NCBI GenBank assembly: GCA_965242865.1
Contig: CBDETK010000013.1
Coordinates: 5,152,001 to 5,216,000 of the forward strand
Direction of reading: 5' to 3'
Source of the DNA: Candidatus Latescibacterota bacterium
Lineage (GTDB): Bacteria; Latescibacterota; UBA2968; UBA8231
DNA: 64,000 nt
The first letter of the stretch is position 1, and the number at the start of each line of letters is the position of its first letter. The notes under the pieces were generated by a model that was given only the letters and a program-made list of their open reading frames with translations, was not told where the DNA came from and ran no database searches. Positions 1 to 9,987 of the stretch are shown piece by piece. Both the position numbers and the translations under genes were made by a program.

Positions 1-2586
1 CTGCCGGTAGAACTGGTTGGCCAACTGGACATTGGAGTCGTGATAGCCGATGCGGGTCGCGCAAATCATGCCGATCACGCCTCCATCCTCCTTCAGCAGA
101 AGTCCCTCCGGCATGGAGAGGCGCACGGGATCGTCGAACACCCCAACTTGACTCGCAGCCGTAAAAAACAAGGGCAGGCGCCCGCCGTTGTTGAGCTTGT
201 CCAAATCGCGGGAAAGCAAGAACAGGCTCTCGTGGGCCAAGCGGTCAAAGCTGCCGTGCCCCAAGTAGGTCAAAATGAGCGAGCCTTTGTTGAAGAGCCG
301 GATAAACTCGTCCCGCGCCCGCGGCTTTTCCCGCCCCTCTAGGGGGAATTGGGCGACGTAGAGCTTGGTCAGGTCTAGCACTTCGGGCAGGACGCGCCGG
401 GCCATGTATTCGCTATCGCGGATGAAGAACGACTCGACCCGGCTCGGCTTGTCGCGATTGAGCAAATCGTCCGAGACCAGCAGCACTTGGCTCTGCCAAG
501 GCCCCCATTCGGGGGCGTGGTCGTAGGCGATGATTTTGTCGGCCAGCGCGTCGGCCGAGGCCGCCGTCTGCACCGGCAGCCGACCAATGGCCAGATCGGG
601 GTACAAATCGCCGCCCACCACGCGCGTGTACCATTCGTCGTATGTGCTGTCGCCGTCTTGGTATGCTGGGATCCAATTGCCTTGGCTAATGGACGAATTG
701 TTCTTGTAGTCGTACGAGCCGTCGCCCACCAAGGCCACGAACATGGGCGCGGGCTCCCAGTGCTCAACCGCGTACGCGAGAAAGTTGCGGATCGCGGCCG
801 GGTCCAACAGCCCGCCGGAAAATTCGTCGTAGATGTCTTGCACGTCGATCGCCACCGCTTGCAGGGGCCGGCCGAAGCGGTCGTCGGCCGCTCGCCAGCG
901 CGCCAAGCGCTCGGCCGCGGCGCGAAAATCGCGGTGGTAAATCGCCACCCAATCGGCTCCCCGCGCCGCGGTTGCCAAGTGGCCGGGCGCGTCGAGCTCG
1001 ATTCGCACCGGGCGCTTCCAAGTGCCGCCGACCGCGTACTGGCGCGGCTCATCCCCGGGCCGATCCTGAAACGCTACAACCCCGTCTTGCGCTCCGTACT
1101 CAAAATCCACGACCTCGGCCAACCCGGCCGAGACCTCAAAGACGCGCGGCCGCTCGGCGGCAAAACCAGTGAGGCGAAATTGGGTGGGGCCGGTCAGCGG
1201 ATAGGTGAAGAGCAATTGACCGCGCTCGGCGACAAAGCCGCGGCTGTACTCCACTTCGTACCAGTCGAAGCGGGCCGGACTACCCGAGTGAACGATCCCC
1301 AAGTGGTTCAGCCCCTCCTGCGCTCCGAGCGCGGCCCACAGCGTATCGGATGCAACGTAGCGCTGGTCCGGCAGTTCGTCTGGGGTAAAAGCCACCGTGC
1401 CGATGGCCGCTTCGTTCCAGCGCACCGAAAACCGCGGCTGCGCCTCCGAGCTCCTGATAAAACCCAAGCGCACCGCCACCGGCTCGGGCGCGGCCTGCCG
1501 CACCACCACCGGAAAATTGCGCGCATTGCCGCGAAAATCCTCCCAGTACCAAGTGTAGCCAGACTTGATGCTAAAGAGCTGGGTGAGGACGAACTGCTCG
1601 GCTTCCTCGTGGATTCGCACCCGATAACTCGTGGGCTGCTGCGGGTCGGACGCGGTTAAGGCGCCGCTCCGCTGCTCGGGCCGCCGCCCTGCTACCCCAC
1701 CGCCAAACCCCAGCCAGTACGCGTTCTCGTGCGTGTAGAGGTTGTGCCGATATTGGAATGAGCGGCTAGCTGGCGCGTATTCCCAGCGGCTGACCGGCTC
1801 GGCCCAAAACAAGACGAAATCGTCCGCGTCCAAGCGGCCATCGCCCCCGTCTTCTACGGCCAAGCCCACTTCCGACAGGGCCTGGGGCGGGGCCGCCTCG
1901 CTGAGGGACAAGGCTTTGCCGCCGCCGTAGTACAGGCGCAAACTCGCCGGCTCGATGTCGCCGAGCGCCACCCCAGCGGCCTCAAGGTCGGCGCCCGATA
2001 TGCGGTACATTCCCTCTTCCAAGACGAAGACCCGCAGCCACGTTCCGCTCTGCAACGCGGCCTTGGGTGCCGGACGTTGCTTGAGCGGCAAGCGCCAGTT
2101 CCGAGCTTGCTCGGGATTGACGAGCACCCCTCGGTAGAATGCTTCGCCCCAAGGGTCGGCAACGCGGGTGCCGCCGCTGCCGGTCACGTGTAAATCAACC
2201 ACGATGCGATCGTACAGGGTGCGCGTTCCGTCCGCCTCGACGCGGGGAGCAAACGCCACCGGAACGACGCGCTGACGCCGCGCAAAACCGCTCTCCCCGA
2301 GGACGACCGGCGCGGGCGTGGGCGCGTCGTCAGCCGCCGCGCGGTCGGTCCGCGCCACGTGGGCTTCGACCAACTCCAAGCGAACCTGTCCATCGCTGGG
2401 GACGCCGATTAAGGCACTGCGCCCCTGCTCCAATTCTCGGCCTTCGGGACGCCAAACCAACCGCACGCGCTGGGGCGTCTGCTCGCTTACGTGTAGCTCG
2501 GCTAGGGCCGCACTCCCGCAAAAAAGCGCGAGCACCCAAAAACAGCATTTGAATCGTATGAAAGTGGTATAGGTGGGATGGGTCAT
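1..2586 (-). CDS. C25 (gingipain/PorU-like) peptidase-family protein, 3' end outside window
   Basis: Absent from the ORF track because there is no stop in the window. Manual translation of both ends, which share one frame: ATG at 2586 gives a signal-peptide-like start (MTHPTYTTFIRFKCCFWVLALFCGSAALAE); the window edge reads KGSLILTYLGHGS...LPLFFTAASQVGVFDDP...GGVIGMICATR, typical of the C25/PorU catalytic region. Confidence 0.8.
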   Translation of the reverse strand, partial: MTHPTYTTFIRFKCCFWVLALFCGSAALAELHVSEQTPQRVRLVWRPEGRELEQGRSALIGVPSDGQVRLELVEAHVARTDRAAADDAPTPAPVVLGESGFARRQRVVPVAFAPRVEADGTRTLYDRIVVDLHVTGSGGTRVADPWGEAFYRGVLVNPEQARNWRLPLKQRPAPKAALQSGTWLRVFVLEEGMYRISGADLEAAGVALGDIEPASLRLYYGGGKALSLSEAAPPQALSEVGLAVEDGGDGRLDADDFVLFWAEPVSRWEYAPASRSFQYRHNLYTHENAYWLGFGGGVAGRRPEQRSGALTASDPQQPTSYRVRIHEEAEQFVLTQLFSIKSGYTWYWEDFRGNARNFPVVVRQAAPEPVAVRLGFIRSSEAQPRFSVRWNEAAIGTVAFTPDELPDQRYVASDTLWAALGAQEGLNHLGIVHSGSPARFDWYEVEYSRGFVAERGQLLFTYPLTGPTQFRLTGFAAERPRVFEVSAGLAEVVDFEYGAQDGVVAFQDRPGDEPRQYAVGGTWKRPVRIELDAPGHLATAARGADWVAIYHRDFRAAAERLARWRAADDRFGRPLQAVAIDVQDIYDEFSGGLLDPAAIRNFLAYAVEHWEPAPMFVALVGDGSYDYKNNSSISQGNWIPAYQDGDSTYDEWYTRVVGGDLYPDLAIGRLPVQTAASADALADKIIAYDHAPEWGPWQSQVLLVSDDLLNRDKPSRVESFFIRDSEYMARRVLPEVLDLTKLYVAQFPLEGREKPRARDEFIRLFNKGSLILTYLGHGSFDRLAHESLFLLSRDLDKLNNGGRLPLFFTAASQVGVFDDPVRLSMPEGLLLKEDGGVIGMICATRIGYHDSNVQLANQFYRQ

Positions 2587-2694
2587 TTTAGCGTTTTTAA
2601 GGTCATTCCAAGCCCCTTTTTTGTCAAGGGCGTCTCGCCTTGACTTATCGGCTCAGGGCCGCTACGTTTAATAGTTTCTTACAGGGAGAAACTC

Positions 2695-2922
2695 ATGGCC
2701 AGACAATGCAGCCTGACCAATGTTAAGGGCCTAGTTGGCAACAACGTCAGCCACTCGCAGCGCAAAACCAAGCGCGTCCAACAGCCCAACCTCATCAAAA
2801 AGCGCATCTTCATTCCCGAGAAAAACCGCACCATCACCCTCCGCCTGACCGCCCGCGCCCTGCGTACCTTAAACAAAAAAGGCGTCTATCAGTTCCTGAA
2901 AGAAAAGGGAATCGAGGTCTGA
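2695..2922 (+). CDS. rpmB: 50S ribosomal protein L28
   Basis: MARQC...GNNVSHSQRKTKR..PNL motif; RBS AGGGAG upstream. Confidence 0.97.
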   Translation: MARQCSLTNVKGLVGNNVSHSQRKTKRVQQPNLIKKRIFIPEKNRTITLRLTARALRTLNKKGVYQFLKEKGIEV

Positions 2923-2938
2923 GCGGCCCGGCGCGCTT

Positions 2939-4054
2939 ATGAACCGAGGCGACGACCCAGCCGACGCCATCCAAGAGCGAGTTCGCCAAGCCCTAGCCGA
3001 AAACGCGGCCTTAAAAATTTTTGCCGGCCGCACCAAGTCCTTTCTCGGACGCCAACACCCCGGCATCCCCCTCGACCTCTCCGCTCTAACCGGCATCGTC
3101 AGCTACGAGCCAGACGAGTTGGTCCTAGTGGCCCGCCCGGGCACCAAGCTGAGCGAAATAGAAGCCCTGTGCCATAGCGAAAACCAGTACTTTGCTTTTG
3201 AGCCGCCCGCTTGGGGTGCGGCTGCGACCATCGGCGGCACTGTGGCCTGCAACCTTTCGGGGCCGCGGCGGTTCAAGATGGGGGCCCTGCGCGATCACTT
3301 GCTCGGCGCCGAGTTGATCGACGGTCGCGGCGAGCGAATTCGCACCGGCGGCAAAGTCGTCAAAAACGTCACCGGGTACGATCTAGCCAAAGTGCTGGCC
3401 GGTTCCTTTGGAACGCTAGGGGTGCTTACCGAGGTTTGCCTCAAGGTCTGGCCCCGCCCGCAAACCCAAGCCACCCTGTTCATGCACCGGCCAACGCCGG
3501 CCGCGGCGTTGGAGCGAATGCTCAACTGGGCCGCGCGGCCCCTCCAAATCACCGGCCTAGTCTGCGATGCCGACCGGCTAGCCGCCCGCGTCGAAGGCCC
3601 GACGCCCGCGGTGCGGCAGCAGCTAGCCGCGCTGTGCGCCGGAGAATCCGCCGAGTCCGAGGTCGTGGAAGAAGCCGAATCACAAGCCTTTTGGCGGTGC
3701 TGGCGCGAGCTCGAATGGCTGATGCCGGCCACCGGCCAACAGCGCTGGCGCTTTTCTGGGCCGCCGACCCAGATGGTGCCGCTCATGGAAGCCTTAAAGG
3801 CCGAGGGGCTGAGCCGCTGGGGGTTGGACTGGGCCGGCGGCCTGCTGTGGGCACTTTTGCCGGTAGCCGCCCCAGCCGCCCGCTTGCACCGCACCGCAGC
3901 CCACCACCAAGCCCTCGGCTGGCGCTTTGCCGCCGACGAACGCAACGAAGACGCCTTTACCCCGCTCCATGCCGGCGCGGCGCGCATGAACCAAATGCTC
4001 AAGCGCGCCCTTGACCCCCAAGGCATTTTCAACCGCGGCAAACTGTACGCCTAA
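2939..4054 (+). CDS. glcE: Glycolate oxidase FAD-binding subunit GlcE-like
   Basis: GIVSYEPDELV, ATIGG..ACNLSGPRR, GGKVVKNVTGYDL, GSFGTLG, LDPQGIFN motifs. Confidence 0.85.
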   Translation: MNRGDDPADAIQERVRQALAENAALKIFAGRTKSFLGRQHPGIPLDLSALTGIVSYEPDELVLVARPGTKLSEIEALCHSENQYFAFEPPAWGAAATIGGTVACNLSGPRRFKMGALRDHLLGAELIDGRGERIRTGGKVVKNVTGYDLAKVLAGSFGTLGVLTEVCLKVWPRPQTQATLFMHRPTPAAALERMLNWAARPLQITGLVCDADRLAARVEGPTPAVRQQLAALCAGESAESEVVEEAESQAFWRCWRELEWLMPATGQQRWRFSGPPTQMVPLMEALKAEGLSRWGLDWAGGLLWALLPVAAPAARLHRTAAHHQALGWRFAADERNEDAFTPLHAGAARMNQMLKRALDPQGIFNRGKLYA

Positions 4055-5235
4055 TAGAGCTCGCCCGGGCGATAGTCTGGCGGGGGCATTTTTTGTTCGC
4101 TGAGCCACAAGGCCCGCCCGACCCGCGCCTGAACGTACTGGTAATCATAGCTCGCATCTGGAGCGGCGATGTTGCCTTGGGACGGATACTGGGCAATCGC
4201 CTCCTCGACGAGGTCCACGCCCAGCCCAGGCGCATCCGGCACCGCAATGTGGCTATCGACGACTTGGGGTTGGCCGCTCATCACCTCGTAGCGCTGCGGC
4301 ACATCGTCGGCTAAGTGCTCCAAGATCAAAAAGTTGGGCACCGTGGCCATTAGGTGGACAGCCGCCATTTCGGCCACCGGCCCCAACGAGCCGTCGTGCG
4401 GCGCGACCGTGCAGTAGTGCGCCTCGGCCAGCGCGGCGATCTTCTTCATCTGCCACAAGCCCCCAGCGCGGCCCGTATCCGGTTGAACCACGTCGATGAT
4501 TTCGCGCTCGATCAATTCCCTTACGCCCCAAATCGTGGCGTGGCGCTCGCCCGCGGCAATGGGAATATCTACGGCAGCGGCCACGCGAGCGAGGGCGTCG
4601 ATGTTTTCAGGGGCTACGGGATCTTCGTAAAACAGCAGGTCGTAGTCTTCGAGCGCGTGCCCCAAGGCCATGGCGTCGCGCGTCGTCAGCCAAGGCGGCC
4701 CGTGGACATCGACCATGAGATCTACCGCGTCGCCGACCTCTTTGCGGATGGCCGCGACCGTTTCGACGCAGTTTTTGATTCCCCCCGTCTTGATCGCCGT
4801 GTAGCCTTGATCGACCAAGGCGCGCGCCCGCTCTGTCTCGTGCGCGTGGGCATAGACCCGCACCCGGTCGCGCATCTTGCCGCCCAAGAGGTTCCACACC
4901 GGCAGCTCAAGGGCCTTGCCCTTGAGGTCCCACAGGGCCATCTCAATGCCCGTCATGGCGCCAGAGCCGACAATGCCGGTCATGCCGTGCCCCATCATCG
5001 CCACTTGCATCTTGCCCCACAGTCGCTCGATGTGGAAGGGGTCCTCGCCGATCATCAAGGGCGTCAGGTCGTGGATGGCCGTTTCAACGACGCGCGGCCA
5101 GCCCGACGCCTCGCCCACGCCGTACAGGCCGGCGTCGGTCTCGACCTTGACGAAAAGCCAGTTGCGCGCCGACCAACCGCTCGCCTGCGGAGGCGCACAC
5201 TGCATCAAATAGGTCTTGATCTGGGTAATTTTCAT
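4051..5235 (-). CDS. Mandelate racemase/muconate lactonizing enzyme family (galactonate dehydratase-like)
   Basis: NWLFVKVETDAGLYGVGE, EMALWDLKGK, VDVHG, YEDP, AGER, QPD motifs; ATG at 5235 follows GGGAG. Confidence 0.9.
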   Translation of the reverse strand: MKITQIKTYLMQCAPPQASGWSARNWLFVKVETDAGLYGVGEASGWPRVVETAIHDLTPLMIGEDPFHIERLWGKMQVAMMGHGMTGIVGSGAMTGIEMALWDLKGKALELPVWNLLGGKMRDRVRVYAHAHETERARALVDQGYTAIKTGGIKNCVETVAAIRKEVGDAVDLMVDVHGPPWLTTRDAMALGHALEDYDLLFYEDPVAPENIDALARVAAAVDIPIAAGERHATIWGVRELIEREIIDVVQPDTGRAGGLWQMKKIAALAEAHYCTVAPHDGSLGPVAEMAAVHLMATVPNFLILEHLADDVPQRYEVMSGQPQVVDSHIAVPDAPGLGVDLVEEAIAQYPSQGNIAAPDASYDYQYVQARVGRALWLSEQKMPPPDYRPGELY

Positions 5236-5317
5236 AGCGGTCTCCCGGTGTTGTGATGGAGCGACAAGTATAAGCCAGCGCACAAAATCAATCCATTGCC
5301 GGCCCGCCGAGCGCAAA

Positions 5318-5346
5318 TTGACAGGCATATTTTCAATACTTAGCTT
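5318..5346 (+). promoter_or_regulatory. Sigma70-type promoter for the ispB-apbE-secDF cluster
   Basis: TTGACA-N17-TAGCTT. Confidence 0.6.
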
Positions 5347-5378
5347 CTAAATTTTCTATTTAGCAAGATGCCTTGCTC

Positions 5379-6347
5379 ATGGATCCCTGCATAGGTCTGA
5401 TCGATCAAGAACTGGCCCAGTTTGAAAGGCGGCTCAACGCCGAGCTCAACGCCGATGTCGAGCTGGTCCACGTCATTGCCCGCTACATGGCTACCCTCAA
5501 GGGCAAGCGCCTCCGGCCGGCCCTTACCTTGCTCGTGGCAAAAGCGTCCGGCGACTGGAACGATCAGCTCATCGACTCGGCCGTGGCGGTCGAGATGATT
5601 CACGCCGCCACGATGGCCCACGACGACGTCGTAGATTCAGCGACCGTGCGCCGAGGGCGCGAGACGGTCAACGAGCGCTGGAACGGGCAGACCGCCGTCC
5701 TCATGGGCGATTTTCTCCTCGCGCGCGCCCTGCGCCTGCTGATCGAGGTCGGCAATTTACAGGTCCTGAGCGTCGTCGCGCACGCCACCGAGCGGCTGAG
5801 CATGGGCGAAATATTCGAAATCCAGATCGGCACTCAGTGCGATACACGCCAAGCGTCGTACTTTGCCATGGTCAGCGACAAGACCGCTTCCCTGATCTCG
5901 GCCGCAACCCGAATCGGCGCGATCTTGGCCGGCGCGTCGGACGAGGTCGTCCAATCCATGGGGTGCTACGGCGAATCGCTCGGCCGCGCCTTCCAAGTCG
6001 CCGACGACATTCTCGACCTCACCAGCGATCAGGCCACCATGGGCAAGCCCGTCGGGCACGACCTGCGCGAAGGCAAAATCACCTTGCCCTTGATACGCGC
6101 CTTACAGCAAGCACCCGCGGCCGCACGGGCCGAGATGGAGTCCCTGTTGGCCGGGCCGGACAAGGACGAAGCCGAATGGAAGCAGATCGTGGCCTTTGTC
6201 GAGCAGTACCGAGGAGTCGCCGCGGCCACCGAAATCGCGCACGAATACGCCACCCACGCTCAACAATGTTTAGAGGTCCTGGCCCCTTCCCCAGCGCGCG
6301 CCGCGCTAGAACGAGCCGTCCAGCTCGTCGTCGAACGCAGCAATTGA
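5379..6347 (+). CDS. ispB: Polyprenyl (octaprenyl-type) diphosphate synthase
   Basis: GKRLRP, HDDVVD, FQVADDILD, GKPVGHDLREGK motifs. Confidence 0.9.
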   Translation: MDPCIGLIDQELAQFERRLNAELNADVELVHVIARYMATLKGKRLRPALTLLVAKASGDWNDQLIDSAVAVEMIHAATMAHDDVVDSATVRRGRETVNERWNGQTAVLMGDFLLARALRLLIEVGNLQVLSVVAHATERLSMGEIFEIQIGTQCDTRQASYFAMVSDKTASLISAATRIGAILAGASDEVVQSMGCYGESLGRAFQVADDILDLTSDQATMGKPVGHDLREGKITLPLIRALQQAPAAARAEMESLLAGPDKDEAEWKQIVAFVEQYRGVAAATEIAHEYATHAQQCLEVLAPSPARAALERAVQLVVERSN

Positions 6348-6359
6348 CACGGCCAGTTC

Positions 6360-7403
6360 ATGCTCAAGCGCAGTCTGCTGGCCATCGGCGGTTTGGCCGT
6401 GGTGCTGTACTTTCTGCCGGCCCCCCAGCCCGCCGCGCCCGTGAGCGCAGACCGCCTCTTGTTGGGAACCCTCGTCACGGTCAAGCTCTACGGCGACGAA
6501 GCAGTGGTTCGCCCACACCTAGAAGCGGCGTACGCGGAAGTCGCCCGCGTCGATTCGTCGATGAGCCCCTACCGCGCCGACAGCGCATTGCGGCGGCTCG
6601 AACAGCAGGCGCGGCTCGCTCCAACGCGCGGCTCACCCGGGCTGATTGCGGTCTTGGCGCGCAGCCAGCATTTCGCCGCGTTGACCGATGGCGCCTTTGA
6701 CTGCACGATGGGGGCGTTGACGAGCCTGTGGAATTTTCCCGCTGCGGTCACACCGCCGGCCCCGGGGCAGATTGATTCGGCCCGGGCGTTGGTCGGCTAC
6801 GAAGCATTGGAGGTTGCGGCCCAGCCCCAGACGGTTCGGCTCCACCGGGCCGGGCTGCGGTTGGATTTGGGGGCCGCGGCCAAAGGCTACGCCGTGGACC
6901 GAGCGGTCGCGGCCATGCGGGCATTGGACGTGGAGGCCGGCGTGATCGAGGCCGGGGGCGACATTCGCTATTGGGGCACAAAGCCGGACGGGCGGCCTTG
7001 GCTTTTTGGGGTCCAGCACCCGCGCTCCCCAGCGCAATACATCGCCGTAGAGGACCTCGGGCTCGCGGCGATTGCGACCTCGGGCGATTACGAGCAATAC
7101 TTTGACTGGGAAGGCGTGCGCTATCACCACTTGCTCGACCCCAAGACCGGCCACCCCGCGCGGGCGAGCATCAGCGCCACCGTGTGGGCCGCGACAGCTC
7201 TGGACGCCGACATTTTATCCACCGCGGTCTTCGTCCTAGGGCCAGACCAAGGGCTCGCCCTCGTCGAGGGCCTACCGGACGTCGAGGGCTTCGTTTTCTT
7301 TCAGCGAGACGGGCAGCTCATGCACCGGGCCTCGAGCGGAATGCAGGGCCGCTTTCGCTTTTGCAATAGCAGCAAACTTTCGCCGGGCTGCGCCCGGCAA
7401 TAG
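6360..7403 (+). CDS. apbE: FAD:protein FMN transferase ApbE
   Basis: DLGAAAKGYAVD, ATSGDYE, YHHLLDPKTG, ADILSTA motifs. Confidence 0.92.
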   Translation: MLKRSLLAIGGLAVVLYFLPAPQPAAPVSADRLLLGTLVTVKLYGDEAVVRPHLEAAYAEVARVDSSMSPYRADSALRRLEQQARLAPTRGSPGLIAVLARSQHFAALTDGAFDCTMGALTSLWNFPAAVTPPAPGQIDSARALVGYEALEVAAQPQTVRLHRAGLRLDLGAAAKGYAVDRAVAAMRALDVEAGVIEAGGDIRYWGTKPDGRPWLFGVQHPRSPAQYIAVEDLGLAAIATSGDYEQYFDWEGVRYHHLLDPKTGHPARASISATVWAATALDADILSTAVFVLGPDQGLALVEGLPDVEGFVFFQRDGQLMHRASSGMQGRFRFCNSSKLSPGCARQ

Positions 7404-7421
7404 CGGAGTAAAGACCACTCT

Positions 7422-9953
7422 ATGAAACGCAACCGAAAACTCGTGCTAATCCTAGCCCTGATCGCCGTCGCCGTGTACTACCTGCTGCCAAGCGTGGAAT
7501 TTTACAGCATGACGGACGACGAGCGACAAGACTTAGGGCTAAAGTCCCCGGACCAGCTCGTCGATCTAAAAAACCGCTCGCTCAACTTGGGCCTCGACTT
7601 GCAGGGCGGCATCCACCTCGTCCTAGAGGTCAAGACCGAGGAGCTAGAGCCGCAGGCAGCCCAAGACGCGGTCGCCCAAGCACAGGAAGTCATCCGCAAC
7701 CGCATCGATCAGTTTGGGGTGGCCGAGCCGACGATCCAGCGCCAAGGCGACAACCGCATCATCATCGAGTTGCCCGGCGTCCAAGACGTCCAGCGCGCCA
7801 AGGACCTAGTGGGCCAGACCGCGTTGCTCGAATTCCAACTCCTCGAACCTGTAGAGGACCGCACTCGCCTAATCCAGCGCTTGGACCAAGCCCTAGCCCC
7901 GCCAGAAGAAGGCCAAGCGGAAGCAGACGCGGAAGAAGACCTCCTCCTTTCCTCCGCGCCAGACCGCGCTCCCCTCTCCTCCATGCTCAGCCCGGCCGGC
8001 GAAAACCTCACGGTCTCGGGCCGCGACTTGCCGCGCGTCAAGCGCTTACTCAACGCCCCAGAGGCCCAAAAGCTCATCCCCGCCGACGTGGAGTTTCTCT
8101 TCTCTAGCAAGCCCGCCGGCACGGCCGGCAATCCGTTCTACTTCCTCTACTTGGTGCGCAAAAAGCCGGAGATGACCGGGCACATGATCCAAGACGCCTT
8201 TGTCTCCATCGGCCAAGTCGTCGAGTACATGGGCCAGCCCATCGTCAATTTCTCGACCACCGACGAAGGGGTGCGGCTCTTCAGCCGCATCACGGGTTCA
8301 CACGTCGGCGAGCGCATGGCCATCGTCCTCGACGAATCAGTGTACTCGGCCCCGGTCATCCAAAACAAAATCAGCGAGGGGCGCGGCATCATCACCGGCA
8401 GCGGCACCCAAGAAGAGGCCAAAGACCTCGCCATTGTGCTGCGGGCCGGGGCGCTGCCGGCCGAGGTAGAGATCATCGAGGACCGCACGGTCGGCCCCTC
8501 GCTGGGGCGCGACTCAATCGAGCAAGGCAAGACCGCGGCGATCTACAGCATGGTGCTGATCGCGATCTTCATGGTCCTCTACTACCGCGCATCCGGGCTG
8601 ATCGCCAACTTCGCCCTCTTGCTCAACATGCTCTTCATCATGGCGGTGCTAGCCGGTTTTCACGCCACCTTGACCTTGCCCGGCATCGCCGGCATCATCC
8701 TGACCATCGGCATGGCCGTCGATGCCAACGTGCTGATCTTCGAGCGCATCCGCGAAGAGCTGCGCTCGGGCAAGACCATTCGCGCGGCCATTGATTCCGG
8801 CTATGGCCACGCGCTCTCGGCCATCATCGACGCCAATGTGACCACGTTCCTAGTCGGCATCGTGCTCTATCAGTTCGGCACCGGGCCGATTCGCGGCTTT
8901 GCCCTGACCTTGTGCATCGGCATCATCTCCAGCCTCTTTACGGCCTTCTTTGTAACCCGCACCATTTTCGAGCTGATCACCCGCAAGTCGCAGCAATCCA
9001 CCCTGAGCATCGGGCCGGTCGCGCTGTTTGCCAACCTGAAAATCCGCTTCCTCTCGCTCCGCAATATTGGTTTCGGCACCTCGGCCGCCGTGCTGCTGCT
9101 CGGCGTCGTCTCCATTTTGGGCATCAACGGCATCCGGCAGGGTATTGACTTTGCCGGCGGCACCTTGCTGGAGCTGCACTTCGACCCGGCCGTACAAGTT
9201 GAGGACATCCGCAGCCAGTTGGGCCGCGTTCCCGTGGGCGATGCCGAGATCGACCTGAGCAAGAGCGAGATCAAGCAGTTCGGCTCGGAAAACGACATCC
9301 TCATCCGCGTCAGCGAGAGCGGGGCCGGCACCGAGGTGGCCGACGGCATTATGGGGGTTCTCAAGGCTGGATTTGCCGCCAGCATCGAGGAGATGGAGTG
9401 GATTCGACGCCAAGAAAAGGTCGGGCCGAAAATCGGCAGCGAGCTGAGCAGCGCGGCCGTACGCGCGGTGTTGGTGGCACTGGGGCTGATTCTGATTTAC
9501 ATGGCTTGGCGCTTCCACCGCTTCCTCTACGGAATTGCCGCGGTGGTCGCGCTTTTCCACGACGTGCTCATCACCCTCGGGTTGCTCTCGTTCTTCGATA
9601 TTGAGATTACCCTCGCGGTGGTCGCGGCCCTGCTGGCCATTGTCGGCTACTCGCTCAACGACACGATCGTGGTCTTCGACCGCATCCGCGAGAATTTACA
9701 CACCGTCCGCCGACAGGGGTTTGAGGGCACGGTCAACCAGAGCATCAACGAGTGCCTGAGCCGCACCCTGATCACTTCGGCAACCACCTTATTGGCGGTG
9801 CTGGTGCTGATGATCTTTGGCGGCGAGGTCAACCGCGACTTCACGATCACTCTGATGATCGGCGTCGTAGTCGGCACCTATTCGTCTATATTCGTCGCCA
9901 GTCCCGTGCTTTACCTAGGCCACCAGCGGGCCGCGGCCAAAAAGACCGGGTAA
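7422..9953 (+). CDS. secDF: Fused protein translocase subunit SecDF
   Basis: LGLDLQGG, RIDQFGVAEP, GMAVDANVLIFERIREE (SecD), then GIDFAGG, GYSLNDTIVVFDRIREN (SecF). Confidence 0.97.
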   Translation: MKRNRKLVLILALIAVAVYYLLPSVEFYSMTDDERQDLGLKSPDQLVDLKNRSLNLGLDLQGGIHLVLEVKTEELEPQAAQDAVAQAQEVIRNRIDQFGVAEPTIQRQGDNRIIIELPGVQDVQRAKDLVGQTALLEFQLLEPVEDRTRLIQRLDQALAPPEEGQAEADAEEDLLLSSAPDRAPLSSMLSPAGENLTVSGRDLPRVKRLLNAPEAQKLIPADVEFLFSSKPAGTAGNPFYFLYLVRKKPEMTGHMIQDAFVSIGQVVEYMGQPIVNFSTTDEGVRLFSRITGSHVGERMAIVLDESVYSAPVIQNKISEGRGIITGSGTQEEAKDLAIVLRAGALPAEVEIIEDRTVGPSLGRDSIEQGKTAAIYSMVLIAIFMVLYYRASGLIANFALLLNMLFIMAVLAGFHATLTLPGIAGIILTIGMAVDANVLIFERIREELRSGKTIRAAIDSGYGHALSAIIDANVTTFLVGIVLYQFGTGPIRGFALTLCIGIISSLFTAFFVTRTIFELITRKSQQSTLSIGPVALFANLKIRFLSLRNIGFGTSAAVLLLGVVSILGINGIRQGIDFAGGTLLELHFDPAVQVEDIRSQLGRVPVGDAEIDLSKSEIKQFGSENDILIRVSESGAGTEVADGIMGVLKAGFAASIEEMEWIRRQEKVGPKIGSELSSAAVRAVLVALGLILIYMAWRFHRFLYGIAAVVALFHDVLITLGLLSFFDIEITLAVVAALLAIVGYSLNDTIVVFDRIRENLHTVRRQGFEGTVNQSINECLSRTLITSATTLLAVLVLMIFGGEVNRDFTITLMIGVVVGTYSSIFVASPVLYLGHQRAAAKKTG

Positions 9954-9987
9954 CGCCCGCTAGGCGTAGGCGGGGCCACCGCTCGCC

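Noticed and set aside
40-2572. Many mid-sized ORFs in the track (e.g. 487-1659 +, 375-1052 -)
   Set aside because: They are antisense or off-frame shadows of the unlisted minus-strand C25 gene.
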